34,772 bases of DNA, from contig JAEOTX010000180.1 of NCBI GenBank assembly GCA_016839605.1, positions 1-34,772 on the forward strand, given 5' to 3'. The notes beneath the pieces are model-generated. The model saw only the letters and a list, made by a program, of their open reading frames with translations, was not told the origin of the DNA and did no database searches. The DNA is from Candidatus Thorarchaeota archaeon (GTDB lineage: Archaea > Asgardarchaeota > Thorarchaeia > Thorarchaeales > Thorarchaeaceae). The position numbers and the translations under genes were made by a program. Below are positions 8,489-17,900 of this stretch, piece by piece (the stretch's first letter is position 1; each line of letters opens with the position of its first letter).

Positions 8489-9061
8489 TTAGGTAGTAAA
8501 ACGATTGTCGGATAGTATTGTTTCTATGAGAGATAACGCTGTGGGATTCGCTTCCTTTTCATTCCATTCCGATGCAAATTCACGGTATACTGCCAATTCT
8601 CTTAGGACAGGCGTTGATGTGTCCTCAAGTTCACCTGTCATGATTTCAGGCCCCGTACCCAAGCCGGGGCAGATTTCTTTCATCGCGCTTAAGCCCCAAG
8701 TAGTTGTACCGTCCTTCTCATGAAATACAAAAGGGAATGATTTGCACACACCCGGCCTAATTTGATGAATCATGCATAAATCATCTGAGAGGAAGACACA
8801 CTCATTGGTTTCCAATTTCCTGATTGCTACATAGGCGGCACCGTGTTCAGTGTGCACAGCAGGAATATCTCTCATACCGATTGGGGCATCGTCAGTCTCT
8901 GGCAGCACATAGAAGTCTAGAGCTCGAAGCATCTCAGATGCTGAGAGACCCAAGAATAGCGATAGGCGTACAATGTCATGACCGGTGACCGTCACTAGAA
9001 GCCCATCCGCCCCGCAGCAAGCACCGCATTTTGTGCATTCAAAATGGACATCAGATTCCAG
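8489..9061 (-). CDS. YkgJ family cysteine-cluster (CxxCxxCC) protein, probable CTG start
   Basis: The frame is open 22 codons upstream of the ORF-track start, adding LESDVHFECTKCGACC. It also has CVFL...CMIHQIRPGVCKSFPF...CPG. GAGGTGA SD lies 6 nt before CTG 9061. Confidence 0.9.
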   Translation of the reverse strand: MESDVHFECTKCGACCGADGLLVTVTGHDIVRLSLFLGLSASEMLRALDFYVLPETDDAPIGMRDIPAVHTEHGAAYVAIRKLETNECVFLSDDLCMIHQIRPGVCKSFPFVFHEKDGTTTWGLSAMKEICPGLGTGPEIMTGELEDTSTPVLRELAVYREFASEWNEKEANPTALSLIETILSDNRFTT

Positions 9062-9122
9062 ACTCTGTCACCTCTCCATGCTCTATCAATTTCGCCTCCT
9101 AACGGCAATCAATAATCGACAA

Positions 9123-10286
9123 TCACTTAATCGTGGTGAGAAAAGCGGATAGCGCATCGAGTCCTTGCTCCAATGTGTCTTGAGATGCGGCATATGAAAA
9201 CCGAAGGTGATTATCATAATCTCCGAACACTGCCCCAGGAGTCGTGCAAATGCCAGCTTTTACGAGAAGCAATTCAGCGAGTGTGCTACTGCTGAGCCCA
9301 AAGGAGCTGAAATCGGGAAATACATAAAATGCACCTTGAGGTATTTCACACTCCACACCATCCATCTCACGGAACCGTTCTACAACATAATTGCGGCGGG
9401 CTTCATACGCAGTTTTCATCTCCTCAATATGACGCTGATCACTCTCAAGAGCAACAGCACCAGCGTATTGCACAAAGGATGAAGCACAAGACGTTGTATT
9501 TTGCTGAATTCGAACCATATTGCCAATGGTTTCCTGATTCCCAATTGCATAGCCAAGCCTCCAGCCAGTCATCGCGTGGGACTTGGAGAAGCCATTGATC
9601 ACAAGCGTACGTTCCATTGCTGGATCAACCTCAAGCATGGACGGCTGCTTAATACCATCATAGACAAGTGACTCGTATATCTCGTCGCTGAAAATGACAA
9701 AATCGTGGTCGACAGCAAGGTCAAATACGAGCCTCATATGATCTTTAGTAAGCACTCCTCCGCTGGGATTATTTGGGCTATTGATCACAATCGCTGATAC
9801 TGTCTTATTCACATATCCCTTGAGGATTTCCTCATCAATATCATACCCAGGCTTGGTTTCCACGTCTTTTGGTTTGCCTCCCGCAATACGTATCAGCACT
9901 CGATATGTTGGCCAAGCAGGTGATAGGAGTAAGACATCGTCACCAGCATCCAGCGTGCTCAGGAATCCTTTGAACAGAGCCATCTTCGCTCCAGGAGTCA
10001 CAATCACATCCGTACGTCCGTTGAACTCAATGCCTCTTTTTGCATAATGATGTTGGATTGCATCTCTCAGTTGAGGAATCCCTCTGGATGATGTGTATCG
10101 GGTCAGGCCCTTCTCCAGAGCGGTTCTCGCAGCTTCGACAATGTATGCTGGAGTGGGAAAATCAGGCTGTCCCACCTCAAAGTGGAAGATGTGTTTCCCT
10201 TCAGCTTCCAGCTTTGTCGCTAGCTCAAACATCTTCAAAGTCCCTGAAGCAGGGATTCTCTCCATGTGATGACTTGTCCAGTCCAT
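9123..10286 (-). CDS. PLP-dependent aminotransferase class I/II (aspartate aminotransferase-like)
   Basis: GQPDF, NSPNNPSG, SDEIY, GFSKSHAMTGWRLG and GAFY motifs. Confidence 0.95.
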   Translation of the reverse strand: MDWTSHHMERIPASGTLKMFELATKLEAEGKHIFHFEVGQPDFPTPAYIVEAARTALEKGLTRYTSSRGIPQLRDAIQHHYAKRGIEFNGRTDVIVTPGAKMALFKGFLSTLDAGDDVLLLSPAWPTYRVLIRIAGGKPKDVETKPGYDIDEEILKGYVNKTVSAIVINSPNNPSGGVLTKDHMRLVFDLAVDHDFVIFSDEIYESLVYDGIKQPSMLEVDPAMERTLVINGFSKSHAMTGWRLGYAIGNQETIGNMVRIQQNTTSCASSFVQYAGAVALESDQRHIEEMKTAYEARRNYVVERFREMDGVECEIPQGAFYVFPDFSSFGLSSSTLAELLLVKAGICTTPGAVFGDYDNHLRFSYAASQDTLEQGLDALSAFLTTIK

Positions 10287-10383
10287 ACTTCATGCCTCAC
10301 CAAGCATCTGCACGACTCTTAACGGAGTGTGTCCAGAGAAATGCGCCCAGGCTTCTGGAACTAATATCATTTCCGGCGCGATA

Positions 10384-11211
10384 TTATTGCTCCATAAGAT
10401 TGGCAAGAACCTGTTTTTGGTGTTTGGTCCCTCGTACTTCGATTCTATCTAGAAGAGCTTCACCCAGCCCGAGGTCAGCGGCACGTTTGAGATAGTCCAC
10501 CTTCATTGGATCCACGCCTAATAGTCCTGAACAGTATGAATCCACGGCAACGGGATCCGTACCAACAACAACACCGCCAACCTTCTTCATCTGTCCAGTG
10601 AGTCTCTTCCCAATCACAACCTCAGCCAAGTCCATGACAGTCAAGCTCGGTCGAAATGCTACAAGAAGATCAAGCAAGACATCTTCTAATCGCCCATGAT
10701 ATTTCTGCTTCTCGACCTCTGGCAAAAGACCAAAGAGGTTCTTGATGCCGCCCCAGACTTTGCCTTCCGCTGGTCTGTATTTGAGAGTCGCGATATTGAC
10801 AAGAAAGAGGGGAGGTTTCAACACCTGAGGCATTGCATGAGTGTTGGTGAAATAATGTCCTGGCATTTTCATTTGTTCACGAGAGTCATTTGATAGGTTG
10901 AGAAGCCTAATCTTATCGCTAGCAAGAGCAGAGTAGCCGAGCTCTGAATATGCGTCCTCAACGGACCTGTAAGGATTATCGCTCTCAACGAGCATTATCT
11001 CGGAATATCTCTCAAATAGACTCACTAGTGCCCGAGCGATTTCAAAAGAAGAATTTCCTGGGATCTTGGGGTCAAGAATTGAGGGCTTTATTACAACACG
11101 ACTACCATCTCCAACCAATGGGAGTGGTTGTGTAAGTTTAGATAAAGCAGTTGAAAGCGCGTCGCGGGGAGTTTTCTTTACAGCAATTGCCACCTCTGTA
11201 AAAGAGCCCAT
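10384..11211 (-). CDS. DUF362 domain protein
   Basis: RVVIKP, KNLFGLLP and DPVAVD...GVDP..V.YL..A...GLG motifs. Confidence 0.85.
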   Translation of the reverse strand: MGSFTEVAIAVKKTPRDALSTALSKLTQPLPLVGDGSRVVIKPSILDPKIPGNSSFEIARALVSLFERYSEIMLVESDNPYRSVEDAYSELGYSALASDKIRLLNLSNDSREQMKMPGHYFTNTHAMPQVLKPPLFLVNIATLKYRPAEGKVWGGIKNLFGLLPEVEKQKYHGRLEDVLLDLLVAFRPSLTVMDLAEVVIGKRLTGQMKKVGGVVVGTDPVAVDSYCSGLLGVDPMKVDYLKRAADLGLGEALLDRIEVRGTKHQKQVLANLMEQ

Positions 11212-11267
11212 AAGAACAAATCACAGTCCAAGGCTTTAAGTGAGTCTATCAATAAGCCTGCAAGAAA

Positions 11268-12029
11268 ATGAGTCTTAGACCCGAACAGCTTGAGAGATAC
11301 TCCAGGTCTCTCAGGTTGTATGACTTCAATGAGAAAGATCAGGTGAAACTATCGGAAACTACAGTGTCCATGGTCGGTGCAGGAGGCATTGGTAGTCCTG
11401 TTCTAAGATTGCTAGCGTCTCTAGGATTTGGTAGGATACGGATTATTGATGGAGACAAAGTGGAGTTATCAAACATTCAGCGTCAAAACATCTACAACAC
11501 TGCCGACATTGGAAAGAAGAAAGCTGAGTGTGCAGCAGCGAACCTTTCTCTCATGAACCCTGAAGTGAAATTCATCCCTATAGTGCAACGGATAGACGAC
11601 AAGAATGCCCAGGAGGTTCTGAAGGGTTCGGATCTTATAGTTGATGGGTTAGACTCCTTCAGTGCAAGGCATTCTGTCAATCGCGTTAGTGTGAAATTTC
11701 AAATACCGTATATCTTTGCGGGAGCTGTTGAATATTTCGCGAATCTCTCTAGCTTTATACCGGGAAAAACGGGGTGTTTAAGCTGTGTCATGGGAGCGGC
11801 GAAAGATAACCCAGATAGCACTGCAGCTAAAATTGGTGTTTCGCCTGAACTTCTTTCAGTAGTAGCAGGAATCGAGGCAAGAGAGGCATTACTTGTGACT
11901 CTCAAACGCAAAGCGAATCTTGCAGGAAAGCTCATGACGATAGACATTAACACCCTGAGCTTTGACATCTTTGATATTGCCCGTTCTGATACGTGCAATA
12001 TCTGTGGGGAATCAGGTCCCAAAGAATAA
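11268..12029 (+). CDS. HesA/MoeB/ThiF family E1-like adenylyltransferase
   Basis: ERYSR, GAGGIG, DGDKVELSNIQRQ, and CLSC and CNIC zinc motifs. Confidence 0.93.
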   Translation: MSLRPEQLERYSRSLRLYDFNEKDQVKLSETTVSMVGAGGIGSPVLRLLASLGFGRIRIIDGDKVELSNIQRQNIYNTADIGKKKAECAAANLSLMNPEVKFIPIVQRIDDKNAQEVLKGSDLIVDGLDSFSARHSVNRVSVKFQIPYIFAGAVEYFANLSSFIPGKTGCLSCVMGAAKDNPDSTAAKIGVSPELLSVVAGIEAREALLVTLKRKANLAGKLMTIDINTLSFDIFDIARSDTCNICGESGPKE

Positions 12030-12956
12030 ACGCCTAGCTCGTCTTCGGCGTTCTTCCTCAGTCTCATCAGTTTCTGGAGGAGGAGGGGGAGGAGGAGCCT
12101 TTGCACCAGTCGATGATGTGTCTGATTCATCAGAGGCTGCGCCACTCTCATCATCCTCCGAGGTTTTCGCATCTTCATCATTTTCGTCTTCAGGAAGAGG
12201 CGGCTCGTCATACGGGCTCCACAATTCGCGTTTGGGTACAGTCGCTGGAGAAGGAGGCTCATCAACCGCTGGTGGAGACTCAAGAACTTCTAAGACATCA
12301 TCATAGGTTTCGACTCCTGAATCTTCAACTTCCGGAGACATAGCTTCTTCGGTCTCAACTTCAACTGGACCGAGTGATTCCTCGGCCAAAACAGCCCTCA
12401 TGACTTCTTCCGGAGTGGAGGGTATTGGTTTTGTGTCGTCAGTTGCATCATCTGTTATTTCGGGTGCGCTCAAGGGAAAATCTGAGAGGAAATCGCGTTT
12501 AAGCCCCTCAAACATGAGATTCTCTGCGGAAACTGATTCTTTGTCACTCTCAGGAGTTACAATCTCATCTATTGAAACTGGTTCTACTGGTGGCACTTCA
12601 GGTTCACTCGCATCATCTGCAGGAACAAATGTGGGTTCCTCCGCATCGATGTCAGGAAAGGAGTCAGGTATGATCTCCGGCTCAACGTCTGGAATAGGTT
12701 CCTCGAAGTGCGGTGTCTCTTCGATCTCACGTGGTTCATCAACCTCAGGATCGTCTGATCCATACTTCATTCCTAATTCCTTGCCTAGACAGGACTCGCA
12801 TCGCTTTGCCGCAGCAATCAATCCCTCTGCCAGAAAATCGTCAATGGACTTTGCATCTTTTGGATGCTTTCGCGCCCACCTCAGAAACGAATCCACCATT
12901 CTAAGTGCATCACGCACTCCCATCCAGTAATTATCATCTCTTTCTTCTGAGGTCAC
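12012..12956 (-). CDS. Hypothetical protein: small helical N-domain, long acidic/Pro-rich disordered region, poly-Pro and basic C-terminal motif
   Basis: 314 aa. N-terminus YWMGVRDALRMVDSFLRW...CESC; C-terminus APPPPPPPETDETEEERRRRARRLFFGT. Confidence 0.8.
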   Translation of the reverse strand: MTSEERDDNYWMGVRDALRMVDSFLRWARKHPKDAKSIDDFLAEGLIAAAKRCESCLGKELGMKYGSDDPEVDEPREIEETPHFEEPIPDVEPEIIPDSFPDIDAEEPTFVPADDASEPEVPPVEPVSIDEIVTPESDKESVSAENLMFEGLKRDFLSDFPLSAPEITDDATDDTKPIPSTPEEVMRAVLAEESLGPVEVETEEAMSPEVEDSGVETYDDVLEVLESPPAVDEPPSPATVPKRELWSPYDEPPLPEDENDEDAKTSEDDESGAASDESDTSSTGAKAPPPPPPPETDETEEERRRRARRLFFGT

Positions 12957-13036
12957 TTATGCCACCACTTGAATCAGGTGTCAATACGGAATAAAGGCTT
13001 TGTATCATACAGCAGTTACATACCGCTGCCTTATTC

Positions 13037-13492
13037 CTACGATGAGAGGGTTAGAATCTCATCCATCAGCTCATCAAGAAGATTGTGAATCTCGTTCCTT
13101 TTGAAATCTTCAATGTCTGAGCCCACGCAGATGACACGAGTTGGAATACCTTCACCAAGATTCTCTCGGACTTCATTCCTGTACACAGTTTCAATTTCTG
13201 GATCAGCATCTTTTAGAACGATAATGACACCTGTAGCACCTTTGTACGTAAGCGATAGAAGAATATCAAGTGCAGAGTGTTTCGGTGACATGAAAAGCGT
13301 TTGGACATCTGAGTCCTCTCGTTCTATCTTTGCCGCGCCAATTCGAATGCCATCGACAGACATCATCTGTTCGTTGAACACACTAAGAACCTGTTCTAGT
13401 AGGCGGTCGTCTGGACCAACCACTGTTACCTTGAAGAGATAGCGTGACTTCTGCTTCTCAGGTTCTTTGGGTTTCTTCTTCTTTGGTGACAT
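13037..13492 (-). CDS. Degenerate small GTPase-fold (Rab-like) protein lacking G1/G3/G4 motifs
   Basis: YLFKVTVVG (beta1), TYKGATGVIIVL (compare Rab YYRGAxGxIxV) and IPTRVICVG; GKT, DxxG and NKxD are absent. Confidence 0.7.
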   Translation of the reverse strand: MSPKKKKPKEPEKQKSRYLFKVTVVGPDDRLLEQVLSVFNEQMMSVDGIRIGAAKIEREDSDVQTLFMSPKHSALDILLSLTYKGATGVIIVLKDADPEIETVYRNEVRENLGEGIPTRVICVGSDIEDFKRNEIHNLLDELMDEILTLSS

Positions 13493-13649
13493 TCCAATAC
13501 ACCTCTTCGTTGCTGAGTGTCTGGCGCGACTAGAAACTCACTGATTTGTCAGACACTTGGTTGATATGTGTTGTGTGGCTTTCGAATCAAGAAAAAGTCG
13601 CATAGATTCTTAAGTCCAAAAAGAAGGATTGCCTATTGAGGCGGTATCT

Positions 13650-13997
13650 GTGACATCCATATCAGAGGTTTTCGAAGCTTTAAGACCTGTCCAAGATCCA
13701 GAGCATCCCATAAGCATCACAGATCCTAGAATGGCCATTGTCAAAGAAGAATACATCACAGTCACAGAAGATGCAATTCAAGTTCAATTCAAACCAACTG
13801 TACCGCATTGTCCAATGGGCGGGCTGATTGGCATCTTGATTCGCCATCGCCTTGAGGAGGTCTACCCAACTAGCGGGATTAGAGTCATGTTGCTTCCCGG
13901 TTCACACTCAAGAGAACATGAAGTCAACTCAATGATTACAGACAATGCGAAGTATTCTGGTATTGTTGCGCAATTGAAGGAACGCGGATTAATCTGA
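13650..13997 (+). CDS. DUF59/MIP18 family Fe-S assembly protein, CIA2/FAM96-like
   Basis: DPEHP, FKPTVPHCPMGGLIGILIR and PGSH..E..VN motifs; GTG 13650 with GAGGCGG SD. Confidence 0.85.
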   Translation: MTSISEVFEALRPVQDPEHPISITDPRMAIVKEEYITVTEDAIQVQFKPTVPHCPMGGLIGILIRHRLEEVYPTSGIRVMLLPGSHSREHEVNSMITDNAKYSGIVAQLKERGLI

Positions 13998-14031
13998 GAT
14001 TGCCGCTCATTTGTCTGTGTGGGATTGAAAA

Positions 14032-14415
14032 TTGCGAGGTTCAGAACGACTCATCTTTCTGGGAGTATTGATGGCGATTATTGGGTTCCTCATTATTGCG
14101 ATGTCTAGTTCAAGTACTGAAGCTGGTTTCTTCTTCATCTTCCCGTTCTTTATCATTGGTGATTTTTCAGGACCGTTAATGATCATAATCGCAGCATCTA
14201 TCGCAGTGATGTTCCTGCTATTCTTTTTCTTGCCTCTGAGAAATCTATCACATGAATTGATGGATAGCCGTCAGAATGAAGTGCCAGAATATGTGAGAAT
14301 CGTTTCTCAATGCGAATACTGCCGCAGACCAATACCGGAAGGATCTACATTCTGTCCCTCATGCGGAAATCCTCTCAGAGAAGACTCATCAGATAGATAT
14401 GAGCCGACGTACTAA
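14032..14415 (+). CDS. Membrane protein with C-terminal double zinc ribbon
   Basis: Hydrophobic N-terminal segments (GFFFIFPFFIIG), then CEYC...CPSCG. Confidence 0.8.
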   Translation: MRGSERLIFLGVLMAIIGFLIIAMSSSSTEAGFFFIFPFFIIGDFSGPLMIIIAASIAVMFLLFFFLPLRNLSHELMDSRQNEVPEYVRIVSQCEYCRRPIPEGSTFCPSCGNPLREDSSDRYEPTY

Positions 14416-14439
14416 TGGTGATTAGATGGAGGTCTTTCT

Positions 14440-14913
14440 GTGATGACTAGGAGGGTGATAAGAGTAGTCAGCAGGGAAGATGTACCTCTTGTAATCACAA
14501 TTGAAAGAAGTAGCTTCCCACGACCATGGGATGAGGATATCTTTCGAATCTTGGGATCATGGCGGGGGCAAGTTCGGACACAAAGAAGAAAAACTGTATT
14601 CATGTACGTAATTGAGGATGATGACGAATTAGCAGGTTACATCGTGTGGGAAGAGGACGTGGAATCGGCTGAGGGCCATCTTCTCAATATAGCAATACGA
14701 CAGCAAAGCAGGCGTATGGGGATGGGGCGAGAACTCCTAGATTACGCCCTAGAAACTATGCGTGAACACAAGATGGCATCATGTCGATTAGAAGTTAGAG
14801 AAAGCAACACACCTGCTCATGCATTATACCTTGAAGCAGGTATGTCCATTCTACACCGTGACAGTGCATACTATGAGGATGAAGATGCTCTAGTCTTCAC
14901 CATTATGCTTTAG
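14440..14913 (+). CDS. rimI: RimI/Ard1-type GNAT N-acetyltransferase
   Basis: IERSSFPRPW, HLLNIA, RRMGMG, LEVRESN and YYEDEDA motifs; GGAGGT SD. Confidence 0.9.
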   Translation: MMTRRVIRVVSREDVPLVITIERSSFPRPWDEDIFRILGSWRGQVRTQRRKTVFMYVIEDDDELAGYIVWEEDVESAEGHLLNIAIRQQSRRMGMGRELLDYALETMREHKMASCRLEVRESNTPAHALYLEAGMSILHRDSAYYEDEDALVFTIML

Positions 14914-17900
14914 CCAAGTCCTTTCGTTTCTTCGTGAGCATAGGCCCAAGGTAGTCGTGATATAAGCGAAGATACGATTCGTCTCGCGACACCACAGCCA
15001 GAGGAGTGTCAGATATTTCAGATCCGCCAACTAGGAGCTCTGATTTATCAATTAGAGCCAATGTTGTTGGTGTCTTAGTTTGCCAGACACTCCACCCTTC
15101 TAGGGCACGCAGAGTTAAATCCGGCTCTTCGGTTTCAGGAATAACAAGTATCTTTCGACGTGGGCCCTTAGCTTTTGCCAATTTCCTCAGGTTCAAGCAC
15201 TCTAGGTCGAGTACAGATAGCACGACCGACTTCTCAGCTCGGGAAACCATGTCAAGCATGTGGGCGCAGATCTCATCGGTTCCAGTAAGATACCATGTCT
15301 TATCGCTGGATACAGAAGACAGCTCTTCCCGAGCGCTCTTAGCCGCTTCAATTGTTTCAATGGTCTGATTTGCCAGTTCAGAAATGACGCCTATAGCAGC
15401 CTCTACGCTTCCCTTGAACGAGCCAAGATCCTTTTTCTGTTCTGTGCTCCATTGCCTGAGCATCTTGTCAACATGCTCGCTTAGGTTATTGAATGCATCA
15501 TTTCGTGTCTGGCGGTTGGCGGATAGTCCATCCGTGGCATCGTTCATTGCCTTTGCTGCAGCTCCTGCAATCTCTGCATTCTTAGCAGTAAATTCATTCT
15601 GGGTCCTTTCAGTCAAACGTGCAGACTCGCTCCTCACGTGTGTCTTCAATTCAATGCCCATAGATTCTAGCTTGCGAGAAGCGTACTGATTGGATACTAT
15701 TGCGCCCTGCTTAGCCTCTTCGAGTGCACTTTCAAGGTTCTTGGTTGCCTGAGCAATCATTCCATCAATAAGCGTCCTTGAGGTACTCGAAATAGACTTG
15801 GATGCTTCTGTGAAATCTGAGATATCTGTTTCAAGAGCTACTTCCACTTCGGTACCGTGTTGCCGAATTTGCTTAGTTGTATCGGTGGCTGAAGCTGTAA
15901 CTAATTCTGTCAAGGTCTTTGGAAGGTCAGACAATGGTTCTGCTGCTTTTGTTAGAACATCCATCGCTTCATCACTAAATTTCACAGTCTGTGCTTTGAG
16001 GTCAGATTCTGTCTTCTTGAAGATGCTCCGCCTTTTGGTTTCGAGTTCCTTCAAGTTCTTCTCGCCCCGCTCAATCACTTTGACAGCAGTTGCATCTGCG
16101 GCTTTAGCTAATTTCCCGCCAAGTGTGGACATCTCATTGTCAAGCTTGTTTGCCAGTTGCTCCAAGGAAAATGTCAGATTTCCTGCGGATGTTTCAATTG
16201 TTTCTGAAGCTCCCGTGAAAACGAGAGCAACCTCGCTCCTTCGCTCCTCGATTGCCGCGAGTGCTTCCTCTCGAATGGCCCTGGCAGATTCAAGTCGCGA
16301 AGTTTCCTTATCAGAAAGAGAGTTTTGGAACACCTCAACATTGGCGTTTGAGGTTTTCACAAGTTTCGATGCTAATGCATCCATCTTATTGCTGGTACTC
16401 GCCAACAACAGGTTGCCAGACTCATGCTGACTTTCTGTGTAGGAGTTAATTATCGTGCGAATTTCACCCGTATTCTTTGTTAGGCCATCTTGAGTGGACT
16501 CATTGATACTTGCTACACGTTCAGCTATGCTATCTCGTGCACCTGTAACGGTTGCACTGAATTCCTTGGATACTTGAAGTAGGTTCTCCCCAAATTGGCG
16601 AATGGTGCCTGATTCAATTTCATTGAGCGCGTCCTCCGTGCTCTTGACAGCCTCCTCAATTCGATTAAGAGTATCTGCCATTGACTCCGAGATATCGGTA
16701 CGCTTCTCCACAGAAAGCTCGTCGAGCGCCCGTTTTATAGTATCAGCAGCTCCGACAAGCTCATCAATCCTACCTCCTAATTCTGAAGAAAACTCTTCTT
16801 GAAGCAGCTGTGAATCTTCCTGCAGAGACGACATTTCTGTTTTCAATATGCCCTTGAACTCTGTATGGGCAGAGGCGATGAGGTCTCTCGCTTCAGAAGT
16901 CTGACTGGAGAGAAATCCATTAAAGGTGGCTTCCAAGCCTTTGATGAGATTAGTGAACTGCTGCGTTAAATCATCAAGATGAGTGTGGAACTCCTCTCGA
17001 ATTCCCAATGCATGTTGATCAATCCGCACTACTTGACCCTTCAAGGCTTTGTCAATTTCTCTCTGCACCTTGTTGGCATGACTTGTAAGAGCACCAACAC
17101 CCTGAACAAGTCGTTCATCAAGCTTCTCGTTGAGATTCTTGTATAGTGATTTTGCATCCTGTATCTGTGACCGTGTGGTTGAGGCATATCCTGCACCAAT
17201 TTCTGAGAGACGTTGACCAAAGTCAGCTTCAAAGTCATGAGTTGCCTTCTTCGCTGCAGTTAGAGCTGACTCGTGCTTTGTTGAAGAAGTGGACATCACA
17301 GTGCTGAATGCCGATTTGAGTCGACTATCAATAGACTCTACCAGAGTATCCATTTCAGATACTTCTGTGTCGAGTGTTTTACTGACATCCGTCACAATTC
17401 TAGAGAGTTTCGTATCGACATTCTTCATTGTCTTGGTAGACCAGCGTTCAATACTTGATTGCAGCTCTAGATTGGCAGCATCGAGGCTCTTCTCTTGTGA
17501 CTTCAACTGCCTCTTTAGCAGGTCTAAGGTTGATGTCCGACAGCTGTTTAGATGGGATTCGAATTGTGAGATGCCCTCCATTGACATATCTTTGAGGGTC
17601 TGATACTCGGTGGCGAATTGAGCTTGTGTCTTCTCAAGATTACCAGTCACAGCAGCTTTCACATTGTCTAGATAATCGACTTCAGTGGCACTAACCCTAT
17701 CGAGCTGAAGCCGCAATGATTGCATTCCAACCTCACCAAATGTTGCAACTTCTTCTTTCCATGCTCCAATACTAGCTTTTGCTGATTCGCATAACTCAAG
17801 TGCTGCCTCTATACGGGATCTAACTGCCTCTGATTCCTCGGCGATTCCCGTACGACCTTTGACACCAATTTCTTTCAACGATTCATCTGCTGCAAGGAAT

